Below, piece by piece: positions 39,529 to 49,452 of a stretch of DNA of 64,000 nt. How positions within the stretch are numbered: position 1 is the stretch's first letter; each line of letters begins with the position of its first letter. A program made the translations under genes and the position numbers. The notes beneath the pieces were generated by a model. That model had not been told where the DNA came from and searched no databases. It saw only the letters and a list, made by a program, of their open reading frames with translations. The DNA lies in the IMG/VR virus record IMGVR_UViG_3300029945_000001, positions 124,001 through 188,000 of that record; one strand, 5' to 3'.

Positions 39529-40332
39529 TTAATCATAAACCAATTTACTCAAAGTCAATTTAAAATTATGTTCTACCATTTGAAATGATTGAATAACTGT
39601 AGCATATGCATCTATTTGAATAGCAAATATTCTTAATATATTACTCAAGTCACGAATATCATCAGTTGTTAAGTTAAATGTTTTCTTGTTGTTTTCTAAT
39701 TGTGAAATTATTTTATCTGTTTCTTTCTCTAAATCAAATATATGTTTTCCATGAGAAATAGAGTCTTTGAAAGTATCATCTAGTTTCAGTAAATGATCTG
39801 TAATATAATTTAAATCTTCTACGGAAGAAACAACATTTTTCAAAATGGTATTAGAAATACTATTTTTTACAAATATAGTTTGTAGTTGTTTTTCAAGATA
39901 TGAAATATCTACTTTATTGATCTTTTCTAGAATATGTCTAATTTTATGAAATTCTTTATTTATTATAAATTTATGCATAACCTCTATAGTGTCATTGATA
40001 TCTATTTTATCAAGAAGTTTAAATAATGTATCTGTAGCATATCTATACGTACATATCATTCCGGTTGGTATATAGATCATAGAAAACATATTTATTTCTT
40101 TATTTTTTAGATAAGAATTTACAGCAGTATGATTAGAATCAACAAATACTTTTAATTCTGATCTTTTAAAATCACTAAATAAGCCTAATATACTTGTACT
40201 AAGATTCTTAAAATATTTAATAAAGAAATCAAATATTTTATTTTGGAATGAAATATTTTCTAATCCATAATAGTCAATATCTGTCAGATACTGATTTAAA
40301 GGAACATACGAAATGTCTGTTCTGTAAATCAT
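39529..40332 (-). CDS. Putative virion protein
   Basis: N-terminal GLE processing motif; helical; near uvsX. Confidence 0.55.
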   Translation of the reverse strand: MIYRTDISYVPLNQYLTDIDYYGLENISFQNKIFDFFIKYFKNLSTSILGLFSDFKRSELKVFVDSNHTAVNSYLKNKEINMFSMIYIPTGMICTYRYATDTLFKLLDKIDINDTIEVMHKFIINKEFHKIRHILEKINKVDISYLEKQLQTIFVKNSISNTILKNVVSSVEDLNYITDHLLKLDDTFKDSISHGKHIFDLEKETDKIISQLENNKKTFNLTTDDIRDLSNILRIFAIQIDAYATVIQSFQMVEHNFKLTLSKLVYD

Positions 40333-40334
40333 GT

Positions 40335-41906
40335 CTACGATGCTCCTACTAAAAATGTTAATTGATTTCCATTGGTATCACTACTATTATAAGATGTAAA
40401 TTCTCCAACATAACCATTTAATGGATATTGAGTATCTCCTATCGTCATTAATGTTGTATTGTCCATCGTAAATCCATATGCTTCTAATGATACTAATGTT
40501 TTATTCTTTGCTAGAATAGAAATACCATCTACAGAATATCCAAATGCTATCGCTGTTTCAATTCCAGTATTTATTGATGTTGTAATCTGTAAGTTCGTAT
40601 CTTCGTATGGACAGGTTATAGTTAAAATGCTATTCATAATAACAAACGTCAATCCATTATCAAACGATAATAATACTTTTTCAGTCGTATCATTAAATGC
40701 TACAAATCTTAATACGAACATACCTTCTTGAGAATTTAATGAAATAGGAATATTTAAAGTATTAACAGGAATTGTTTGTTGTGATCCGTTCGTAATAATA
40801 AGAGGATGTAAGCCAGGAATAATAGTTTGTTGTAATCCATAGATAATAAATAAAGGAGCATCTGTTCCTAAATATATATCGCTGTCTAATGAAGGAACTG
40901 AAATTACACTAACCGAAGAAGTAATATCATTTGTTGATTTATAATCAAATCCTAATTTAATAGAACCATTCGGTAAAAAAGAATAATAGGTTGTAAAGTC
41001 GCTACATGTAGAGATGATAGTTTGTTCTTGAAGATCAATATAAAAATAATCAGATACTTTATCTGTTATAAATACTTTTATATATCTATTTGAATTTAAT
41101 GGATATATCATAAAATTTAAATTCAATATATTTGAAGAAGATAAAGAAAATGGATACGTAAATCCAAACATATTCGTAGAAGAATTATCATTCAATTGAT
41201 AGTATTTAGATAATGAAGAAATAGAAGATGGTCTTATAGATGTATTTACTAATGATATATTTGATAGATCTTCACTAGATGTATTAATATTTGATAAAGC
41301 TCCATAAATAGGATACATCGGATCATTGAATGTATAATCTCCAACTAATCCATTTATATTAGAAAGATTACCATTAATATCAATAGTATTAATTTTCTGA
41401 ATACTTAAAGAATATGATCCGAGAATAGAATTTATAAATCCATTAAAAGAAAAGACAGGATCTGATGTAGGAGGAATACCAGGCATAAAAGAGTTTATAA
41501 GATTAGAGTGTGCATTCTTATCCAGATTATGAAGGGATATCAAGTCTTCAACTTCTGTATTCGTAACAATAACAGAATCAAAAGAAGATTCTCCCATAAC
41601 ACCAAATATCTGTATTTCAAAATCTTTGTAAGTCCCAACATTTCCAGATAATAACCAGGCATTGTAAATAGCTTGCATAACATCAAGATTAATACTCATA
41701 GTATCGATATTGTGAGGATTTGAGTTATCCATTAAGTGATTATTGATAATATCTTTTAATGTTGAAATAGTATTCGGATCAAAGTCTTTTTCAATTGTTT
41801 TTATTCTATCTACAAGTGCCGACAATGAAAGAGTATCTTTATTTATTTTTACAGTATCATCTCCAGTTGTAATAGAGTCAAACCCTGTTATAGTTCCTTT
41901 GACCAT
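40335..41906 (-). CDS. Putative tail/fibre-associated structural protein
   Basis: HLMDNSNPH and HNLDKNAH motifs; lectin-like beta-rich C-terminus. Confidence 0.6.
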   Translation of the reverse strand: MVKGTITGFDSITTGDDTVKINKDTLSLSALVDRIKTIEKDFDPNTISTLKDIINNHLMDNSNPHNIDTMSINLDVMQAIYNAWLLSGNVGTYKDFEIQIFGVMGESSFDSVIVTNTEVEDLISLHNLDKNAHSNLINSFMPGIPPTSDPVFSFNGFINSILGSYSLSIQKINTIDINGNLSNINGLVGDYTFNDPMYPIYGALSNINTSSEDLSNISLVNTSIRPSSISSLSKYYQLNDNSSTNMFGFTYPFSLSSSNILNLNFMIYPLNSNRYIKVFITDKVSDYFYIDLQEQTIISTCSDFTTYYSFLPNGSIKLGFDYKSTNDITSSVSVISVPSLDSDIYLGTDAPLFIIYGLQQTIIPGLHPLIITNGSQQTIPVNTLNIPISLNSQEGMFVLRFVAFNDTTEKVLLSFDNGLTFVIMNSILTITCPYEDTNLQITTSINTGIETAIAFGYSVDGISILAKNKTLVSLEAYGFTMDNTTLMTIGDTQYPLNGYVGEFTSYNSSDTNGNQLTFLVGAS

Positions 41907-41932
41907 TTTTTAAAGATCCTTTCCTCTGTTTC

Positions 41933-42823
41933 CTAGAAAAATAAATTTATTAAATCATCAGATAAACATCTATTATAAACAAATAATTCAGAAATAGATG
42001 TATCTTGAAATTTTATAGCATTTATTATGATGTTTGTTTTTAATGATTTAGATATATACTGAAATGAATTCGAAGTATCTGTATAGTAAATGTTTACAGA
42101 TGTAGTATTCATACTTAACATAAATTTATTAATACCCATAACAAGAGGTAAAGATTGTGTTTCGGTAAAATCAGGACCATTGACAGTCAATATAAGTACA
42201 TCTTCTTTTTTCAAGAAAATGATATCCGAATATCCAGCATTTGATATAAAAGTTAATAGATTTTTAGTTGATGTTAATTCATCTATATTAAAAGAAATAG
42301 AAATTGTATTTCCTATATCAGAACTAATTTGATTAATAGTAACATTTTCAATAAAATCACTAGGGATATAAGAGTATGCATATGTTGGAATATATTGAGG
42401 TATATTTAGATTCTTAAATTGTGTAAAGAGATCTGGATGTGTATCTATATTACTATTATGATCTGATATGTCATTCTTTGTTTCTTTTAAAGTAGCAAAT
42501 AGATCTTTTGAACTTAAGAAAAACTTTATAAAACTTTGATAAGACATTGGGTATAAAACAGTTTTACAATATGCAGCATATACAACACTCAATATATTGT
42601 TTTGGATATAAATAAGTAGAGCAGTATAGTAACTATCAGTTTCACTTAAATTATAAAGATGACTGTAGAACATCGTTAATAGATTATCTATTTCAGTACA
42701 ATCATAAATACTTTCTAATTGTGTTATCTTTTCATTTAATCTAGACCATGTTTTAAATGATAAAAGTTCTTGTTTTTTAGATCCTAAAATAGATGTAAAA
42801 TTATGTATAGTATTGGTACTCAT
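41933..42823 (-). CDS. Putative structural protein
   Basis: HNSNIDTH motif shared with the neighbouring gene; beta-rich C-terminus. Confidence 0.55.
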   Translation of the reverse strand: MSTNTIHNFTSILGSKKQELLSFKTWSRLNEKITQLESIYDCTEIDNLLTMFYSHLYNLSETDSYYTALLIYIQNNILSVVYAAYCKTVLYPMSYQSFIKFFLSSKDLFATLKETKNDISDHNSNIDTHPDLFTQFKNLNIPQYIPTYAYSYIPSDFIENVTINQISSDIGNTISISFNIDELTSTKNLLTFISNAGYSDIIFLKKEDVLILTVNGPDFTETQSLPLVMGINKFMLSMNTTSVNIYYTDTSNSFQYISKSLKTNIIINAIKFQDTSISELFVYNRCLSDDLINLFF

Positions 42824-42950
42824 ACTGATTTCCCTTTCTTTTAAAAAGGATTAGTCATAAAATGACAAAGTAAATAATAGTAAAAAATATATCTTTAAAT
42901 AAAGTAAAAATACTATAAATTAACTTTAGTTCAGAAAAGGTATAAAAGAT

Positions 42951-44339
42951 ATGGTTAGTATCTTTTCATCTGTTTCTATCAAAGAAACTGCATTTACTCC
43001 ACATTTTAATACTGGTACTCATTATGATAGTGCAACTGGTGTTTTTGTTCCTGGTCATCATGGTGGTATGATTATGAATGGTGGATTAACGTCCACGAAT
43101 GCTACAGTTGGTCGTGAACAAATGTTTAAATCGACTGAAGCTATTAGTAAAGTTTTATTTACATTGATATTCTATCCAGATACTGATTGTATTATTTATG
43201 ATACTGAATTTGCTCAGAAGATCCAGAGACTTCTCAAGTTTATTCCTGAAAGTCTTCGTAAAGGTATCGAAGAGCGCATTCGTATTATTAAAACAACTGA
43301 CTATACTCCTGAAGAAGTCTTTAAACTTATTATTCAAATTGGTAAAATGAAATTAGAACATAAGAAAGATTTTACTGAAGAGTCTCCATTTACTGATATT
43401 AAAGGCGAGAAAATTAAAATCTTAAGACCTACTATTGTCGTATTCGATAGTTGGACAAAAATGAATAGCACTAAAGTTGTTGAAAGTTTTGAAAAAGTTG
43501 ATGTTGGATCTTCTGATCAGAACATGGTATTCATGACAGATGGTAAGATGAAAACATTGATGATGTCACAACTTCCTGTGTTTGCTGTTAAGTACGGATT
43601 TATCTTTGTGTTGACTGCGCACATTGGTGATAAAATGGATCTTAATCCATATGCTGCTACACCTAAAGACTTACAGCATATGAAAGGATCTGATAAGATC
43701 AAAGGCGTTGGTGCTGATTTTACATTCTTGATTTCTAATCTAAGTGATACTCGTAAAGTTGAGTTATTGTTAGATAGCAATAAAAAATGTTTATATCCGA
43801 TTAAGAACGGATCTGATGTTGAGCTTAGTGAATTAACAACGATTATTGCTAGAAATAAGAATAACGTTTCTGGTTCTATTTGTCCCTTTGTTGTTTCGCA
43901 ATATGAAGGCATTCGTACTTCCTTATCATTTTATCATTATCTTAGAAATCATGATTATTATGGTTTAAATGGTAATAAGCAAGATCATGAGCTTTGTATT
44001 TATCCTGGTGAAAAACTATCAAGAACGACTATTCGTGTTAAGACTGATAGCGATCCTAAACTTCGTAGAGGATTAGAAATTGTAAGTCAATTTAAGTATA
44101 TTAAAGATAATTGGAATCTATCTCTATTAGATGTTGATTTTACAATTGATATTAATAAATTTGCAGAAGGTATCTTGGGAAAAGATGGATTGGCTAATGA
44201 TATATTAGAGTCTCGCGGATTTTGGACTTATGATAAAGAAAATACAACTCCATATTTATCTGTTTATGATATTGTTGCTATTGTTACTGGTAAATATGAG
44301 TCTAAGTATTTCAACCTCGGACAAAAGAAGGATAAATAA
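42951..44339 (+). CDS. UvsX/RecA-like recombinase (phiKZ gp152-like)
   Basis: GREQMFKST Walker A variant, YDTE, VVFDS Walker B, TAH. Confidence 0.85.
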   Translation: MVSIFSSVSIKETAFTPHFNTGTHYDSATGVFVPGHHGGMIMNGGLTSTNATVGREQMFKSTEAISKVLFTLIFYPDTDCIIYDTEFAQKIQRLLKFIPESLRKGIEERIRIIKTTDYTPEEVFKLIIQIGKMKLEHKKDFTEESPFTDIKGEKIKILRPTIVVFDSWTKMNSTKVVESFEKVDVGSSDQNMVFMTDGKMKTLMMSQLPVFAVKYGFIFVLTAHIGDKMDLNPYAATPKDLQHMKGSDKIKGVGADFTFLISNLSDTRKVELLLDSNKKCLYPIKNGSDVELSELTTIIARNKNNVSGSICPFVVSQYEGIRTSLSFYHYLRNHDYYGLNGNKQDHELCIYPGEKLSRTTIRVKTDSDPKLRRGLEIVSQFKYIKDNWNLSLLDVDFTIDINKFAEGILGKDGLANDILESRGFWTYDKENTTPYLSVYDIVAIVTGKYESKYFNLGQKKDK

Positions 44340-44342
44340 AAT

Positions 44343-44735
44343 ATGGATGCTATGAGTTTGGGTAAGGATTATGTTAGTAGTGAAATTATTAAAACCATTG
44401 ATCTTATTAAAAGTATTAAAAATAAAGATTTGATGTATCACAGAATTACAAGTTTTCAAGATGTTAATCGTAGAGAAACGAATGAAGTTTTAGGAAATAG
44501 TATTAAAAAGTATATGTTTAAAGAAGATGGTACTGTTATTAAGAAAAGACTTTATAATCCAAGCACGACTACTTTTATTCTCGTCGAATTGGTTAATAAG
44601 AATAATATTAAAAAGATTTATTATTTTGATACTACTTTGTTCTTTAAGAAAATGGGATTAACATTACAAGATGTTAGTGAAGAGATAGTTCATCTTGAAA
44701 GTTTATTAAGTATGATCTCACAAAGGATCATCTAG
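44343..44735 (+). CDS. Hypothetical protein
   Basis: 130-aa ORF with RBS. Confidence 0.7.
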   Translation: MDAMSLGKDYVSSEIIKTIDLIKSIKNKDLMYHRITSFQDVNRRETNEVLGNSIKKYMFKEDGTVIKKRLYNPSTTTFILVELVNKNNIKKIYYFDTTLFFKKMGLTLQDVSEEIVHLESLLSMISQRII

Positions 44736-44781
44736 ACAATATAGATAACAGAAGAGAGGCTAAGCCTCTCTTCTGTTGTCA

Positions 44782-45156
44782 TTACACTGTAGACCAGCTT
44801 GTACCATCAAATACACAAATAGCACTATCGCCATTATGTCTTAACAAAACACTATCTTGTTCATCGATCTTATTTCCATTACCACAAATTGTTATATTAA
44901 AGTACTGTGCTATATTTTTAGTATCTTTAATAAAATATACCGTATTTGTATCTGGAGTAGCAGGAAGATTGATTGTTACATTTTCTGGATTGTCATATCG
45001 AATACTGACGATAACAACATTTGATTGATAAATACCTAAGGTATAAACAGATCCTGATGTAAGACACGTAGTATAAACTGGATTTGTTTGTGAATTACCA
45101 TATGCCAACATAAATGGTTTTATAGTTGCGATAATGTAGTCTTTTAAGTTGATCAT
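44782..45156 (-). CDS. Tail-fibre-type small protein
   Basis: TINLPA....G/N..YFIKD......ITI..NG..ID...FDG..W motif. Confidence 0.6.
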   Translation of the reverse strand: MINLKDYIIATIKPFMLAYGNSQTNPVYTTCLTSGSVYTLGIYQSNVVIVSIRYDNPENVTINLPATPDTNTVYFIKDTKNIAQYFNITICGNGNKIDEQDSVLLRHNGDSAICVFDGTSWSTV

Positions 45157-45165
45157 GTATTTCTC

Positions 45166-45675
45166 CTATTTATACCAGTAAGCATTGCTAGACGAACTAT
45201 TACCAGAATCAAATGCATTTATATACCATACATCATTATACCCAAGAAGACTCATTTTATTGTTTTTTGCTAATACATATGTAGTATTATCATTGATAGA
45301 AAATGTATTGGTTGGTGCACAATTCAAGACAATAGCATCTGTAGTCATATTTAAAAATTCAATATTGAAGTAATTTGTTAGTGAACTTATATCTGGTAGA
45401 ACAATAAATTTAGTACCATTTAAAAGACATCTAGAATTATTGTTTGTATTGTCTACTTCTAATATCGGTATTGTTACTTCATCAACAACGAGCGATTGAG
45501 GAGCCCATAATGCAGTCTGAGCATCTCCAGATTGTATACATGTCCAAAATATACCACTATTTTTATCATAACAAATATCTGGAGGAGATCCATTAAACGA
45601 TACTTCTCCAGCTAAAATACCATTAGGGTTTTTAGGTACTAAAAAACAAGTTACAGCAGATAGATCGCTTGACAT
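45166..45675 (-). CDS. Tail-fibre-type protein
   Basis: NPNG.LAG...DICYD...W.C and .LP motifs. Confidence 0.55.
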   Translation of the reverse strand: MSSDLSAVTCFLVPKNPNGILAGEVSFNGSPPDICYDKNSGIFWTCIQSGDAQTALWAPQSLVVDEVTIPILEVDNTNNNSRCLLNGTKFIVLPDISSLTNYFNIEFLNMTTDAIVLNCAPTNTFSINDNTTYVLAKNNKMSLLGYNDVWYINAFDSGNSSSSNAYWYK

Positions 45676-45678
45676 GAA

Positions 45679-46314
45679 TTATGTATTCCCCTGATCTATA
45701 GTTGTATTAATAGCATCAAATGGCGCCATCAAATCTAACGTAACTAATTCATCAAAGTTGTTATTATTACATAATGTTTCTATCTGATTTGAAAGATCAA
45801 ATTGTGTTTTATAAATTGTTTGAATACACTGATTAATGAATGTGGTAATTGATGTTATATCTGAAACTTCTAGTGCTATACGACCACACCAATAGATGGG
45901 AGAAGCGATAGTACCATTTGTTAATTGAGATAATAGAGAATTCAAATCGTTATTTAGAATACTAATATTAACACCGTTATAAATAACAGATTTACTAAGT
46001 GCAGTATCTCTGTTTGCTTTAGCGATATTTGATAATGTAGTTAATAGTTCAGTATAAGCTTTAGGTGTTGCCGTATATGTGATATCTGGACCATTTCTGT
46101 TTTCAACAACATCGTAATACGTAATATCAGGAAGAGTATCATGATAGTTAATATCAACAAATCCATTTAATGTTCTAAAATCAGGATTGGATATCATAGA
46201 TCCATGATACTGAAATCCATTTAACGTAAAGAATGCGCCATCACTAAAGTATTCATTTAAAACAGGGTGATAATATTTTTCGGTATCTAAGAAACCTGTT
46301 GTCTGACTTGTCAT
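45679..46314 (-). CDS. Tail fibre assembly-like (DUF4376-like) protein
   Basis: F.LNG.QY N-terminus; A.A.RD...I.YNG and helical C-terminus. Confidence 0.5.
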   Translation of the reverse strand: MTSQTTGFLDTEKYYHPVLNEYFSDGAFFTLNGFQYHGSMISNPDFRTLNGFVDINYHDTLPDITYYDVVENRNGPDITYTATPKAYTELLTTLSNIAKANRDTALSKSVIYNGVNISILNNDLNSLLSQLTNGTIASPIYWCGRIALEVSDITSITTFINQCIQTIYKTQFDLSNQIETLCNNNNFDELVTLDLMAPFDAINTTIDQGNT

Positions 46315-46350
46315 CTTTAGTTTTCCTTGTATGTGTTTGCTTTATTAAAA

Positions 46351-46509
46351 CTATTTAGTGAGACCTAAAATAAGCCCAGTTCCTGTTATGGTAGCATAAC
46401 TTATGCCCACAATACAATTACCGGCAGCACCGCCACCAGATCCAGAATTTCCAAGACCGTCGTCAGTACCACGAGATCCAGCCTGACCGAAATCGCTCCA
46501 TCCGCCAGC
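46351..46509 (-). pseudogene. Orphaned former C-terminus of the glycine-rich tail protein
   Basis: Start-less frame AGGWSDFGQAGSRGTDDGLGNSGSGGGAAGNCIVGISYATITGTGLILGLTK*, similar to the C-terminus of 46683-47408. Confidence 0.7.
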
Positions 46510-46670
46510 TAAGACGCTTCCGCCTGCCGGCGTTGCTGAAGGCGAGCCGACATTTCCGACAAGACTTCGGGATGAGCCAGGATGTAGTGGTGCACGGCGG
46601 CATCGAAGCCGTATTTGCCCAGCACCAGGCCCATCGATGCCGCTGCAATAAGGTGAAAACGTGATTTCAT
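46509..46670 (-). CDS. 53-aa GC-rich ORF resembling the N-terminus of ScsC/Com1-type DsbA proteins
   Basis: AGGAG RBS; MKSRFHLIAAASMGLVLG...VHHYILAHPEVLSEMSARLQQRR. Confidence 0.6.
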   Translation of the reverse strand: MKSRFHLIAAASMGLVLGKYGFDAAVHHYILAHPEVLSEMSARLQQRRQAEAS

Positions 46671-46682
46671 TTCAAATTTCTC

Positions 46683-47408
46683 CTACTGCGTCGGGCCAAG
46701 GATCGTGCCCTTAGCTATCCAAGTCACATTTGAAATGCCGGTGATCGCATAACCGGGCGGGCCACCGTTCCCGCCGCCGTTGTATGATCCGACAGACCCG
46801 TTTTGGCCGTACGCACCGGGGGCTCCCCCAGCACCACTGGAACCAGCACCAGAGGTGCCGCCGCCCTGAGCGCCGCCACCTACCGACAGGGTTCCTGAAT
46901 TGCCGGCGCCGTTATATCCGTTTGACGGACTCCATCCGGGAACTGCCCCTGCGCCGCCGCCACCGTTGCCGCCCCAGCCATAAGTCGTGTATTCACATCC
47001 GCCACCGCCACCACCACCACCGCCACTCTGGATCGTGCCTAAATTTGTGATTGTGATTTTCTGCAAGGTGGAAATGGCAGGGCCACCGCTGCCACCGCTA
47101 CCGCCACCGCCATCACCACCACCGCCACCGCCGCCCTGGCCGCCGGCACCTACAATATAAGCACCAACCATTACATTAAGAGAAATATTAGAACTAGCAG
47201 GAAAACTATTGATAGTTAGTGCATACGTACTTGTTGATATCGATCCGATAATTGCAGATGAAGCAATATTTAATTTGACATTAATAGGATTTTTACCATT
47301 CCAACCATAATTAGTAGTAAGATCAGTATTTAATACGTAATTATAAATAGTTCCAGATAAATTTATTACTACTGATTGTACAGAGCTGGCAGGATTGAGT
47401 ATAAACAT
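46683..47408 (-). CDS. Glycine-rich tail/receptor-binding protein (gp38-adhesin-like), mosaic
   Basis: Poly-G runs, GG.A, I.N.GTI..GGGGG; codon usage changes near 47150. Confidence 0.7.
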   Translation of the reverse strand: MFILNPASSVQSVVINLSGTIYNYVLNTDLTTNYGWNGKNPINVKLNIASSAIIGSISTSTYALTINSFPASSNISLNVMVGAYIVGAGGQGGGGGGGDGGGGSGGSGGPAISTLQKITITNLGTIQSGGGGGGGGGCEYTTYGWGGNGGGGAGAVPGWSPSNGYNGAGNSGTLSVGGGAQGGGTSGAGSSGAGGAPGAYGQNGSVGSYNGGGNGGPPGYAITGISNVTWIAKGTILGPTQ

Positions 47409-47551
47409 AGTTAATAAACTTTTTTGTTTGAATAGAATTCTAATCTATTTAAAATATACATAATGATTCCTCCTAATAGAAATACAGATCATATAATGGA
47501 TTTAAAGATAGGAGAAGGCGCGATACCTTCTCCTATCTCATATCAGTTGTC

Positions 47552-48068
47552 TTAAGAACCCCAGATATTCCGTCTATTTTCAGGAAGATTATCTCTATCA
47601 ATATAAACAGGAATATATCCAGTTTTCATTTCAAAAGCAAGAACAAAAGGAACAATATAAGAAGTATAATTCATTTCACAATTTTGATCAAAGAGTTCAC
47701 CGTATAACGACATACAAGAACCAGTACAAATACCAACAACAGGACATGATTTACAATTATCTCTTTGAGACCAGTGAGTAATTGCATCTAATTTAACATT
47801 AGTAATATCAGTAATAGATCCACGTTGTGTGATTTTCCATTTAAAGCAATATCAAGACTGCTAGCATTAGGGCAAGAAATAATATTACCTGACATATCAA
47901 CAGCTAAATAAAAAGCACTATTCATATTACAGAAATTATAACTGGTTATCTGACTTTCATCAAATAGAACATATGTTTTATCTCTGATGAAACTAATGAT
48001 ATTGCCAAGATTAAAATTAGCATAACTTTTATCGTTTGTCCAATCGAGTGTTTTTTTGAGTATCTTAG
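47552..48068 (-). pseudogene. Truncated, frameshifted radical SAM/SPASM-domain gene
   Basis: C.M....LAVDMSGNIISC [frameshift near 47820] ...W..R.NCKSCPVVGICTGSC...C; no N-terminal radical SAM domain and no start codon. Confidence 0.75.
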
Positions 48069-48192
48069 TTATTTAAATTAGCAGCAATATTTACCATAGT
48101 AATTGTTCCTGTATTTTCTGCCACAGTATATGTCTCCTGTGTCTCTATGGTTGATACTATATATAATTTATTCTATACGATAAATTGTAAAA

Positions 48193-48232
48193 GTTAAGGA
48201 TAGGATGAGCCTAGGCTCATCCTATCCTTAAC
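48193..48232. terminator. Perfect 40-bp palindrome
   Basis: GTTAAGGATAGGATGAGCCTAGGCTCATCCTATCCTTAAC. Confidence 0.8.
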
Positions 48233-48245
48233 CACATAAAATAAA

Positions 48246-49436
48246 TCATTTATTTTCTATAATTGACAATCGTCTATCTATATCTTTTATTGCTTCTACA
48301 ATAATACCCATCATATTTCCATAAGCAACACTTAATGTATCATTATTATTAATGACAACTTCTGGTAAAACCTTTTGAATATCCTGGGCAATAAGACCAG
48401 ACTGGCGTTCTCCAGTATCTATACGAGTGTATGTATATCCAGTCAATTGTTTAATCTTACTGATAGAATCCTCAATAACTTTTAAATCTTTCTTTAATTT
48501 AATATCAGAATATGCAGTAAGATTTGCCAGTGCCACTAAGTTACCAGAAGTATCAATAGTCATTAGTGCATTTCCAGCATCGGTATTGTCCATAATTCTG
48601 AAATAGCCATTACTAGCATCAATAAATTTATCAGCCGGTGTTGTTCCAGTACCAACAACCCGAATAGAATTAAATGGAGTATTGGAATTTGCACTCACAT
48701 TAGATGTATAATCTTCTAATGTAGTATTTAATACTGTCGTTGATACATATTCGGAAAGATCAATGTTTGCTAAAGCTGTAGCTAATGCAGTATTCGTTAC
48801 ATAGTTCTGTAAAGTTGCTGTTAGTATTTTATTTGTTACATAATCAGTTAAATATGTACTAATATTATCAGACATGACATAATCGCCAGCAGGGCTATAT
48901 TCAGCCAATATTTTATTTAATGCATCTAAAGTGACATAATCCAATAATGTAGTATCAAGATCGGTGATTTTTTCATAACTATTTAAATCTTGTATAATCT
49001 GAGCAATACTGCTATCAACTGATTGTTCGAATGTAACAAGTTCGTTTGTTAAATCTGATTGTCCAGTACCAACTGTCTGTGTAATCTCTGATAGAGCTGT
49101 TGTGATAGCAGCATTCACAAACCTGGTATTGGCAGCGCCAGATGAATTATTATCAGTAGCAAGATCTGGAACATTACAACTTTCTGTAAAGGTAGCATTG
49201 GTTGTATCGGCTTTCGAATTTAAAATATTGAAAAGATTAATATAATCATTTATATTACATAATGTTTTTAAATTGGCATAAAGTGTAACACCATCACCTA
49301 TTTTAATGATACCCGTGCTACTATCTATAGTAATTAGACCATATGGAATAGGAACTGATGTATTATTCCAATCTGCTTGTGTGGCATTTAATCTTTGAAA
49401 AATACCTTGAATAACTATGGGTGTTGACATAGACAT
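48246..49436 (-). CDS. Tail fibre with Mtd_N-like N-terminus and peptidase S74 (intramolecular chaperone) domain
   Basis: KIGDG.T.Y..L N-terminus; L.DYVT repeats; SD.KLK...GLIAQD...V.Y C-terminus. Confidence 0.85.
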   Translation of the reverse strand: MSMSTPIVIQGIFQRLNATQADWNNTSVPIPYGLITIDSSTGIIKIGDGVTLYANLKTLCNINDYINLFNILNSKADTTNATFTESCNVPDLATDNNSSGAANTRFVNAAITTALSEITQTVGTGQSDLTNELVTFEQSVDSSIAQIIQDLNSYEKITDLDTTLLDYVTLDALNKILAEYSPAGDYVMSDNISTYLTDYVTNKILTATLQNYVTNTALATALANIDLSEYVSTTVLNTTLEDYTSNVSANSNTPFNSIRVVGTGTTPADKFIDASNGYFRIMDNTDAGNALMTIDTSGNLVALANLTAYSDIKLKKDLKVIEDSISKIKQLTGYTYTRIDTGERQSGLIAQDIQKVLPEVVINNNDTLSVAYGNMMGIIVEAIKDIDRRLSIIENK

Positions 49437-49452
49437 ATACTTCTCCTATCTC

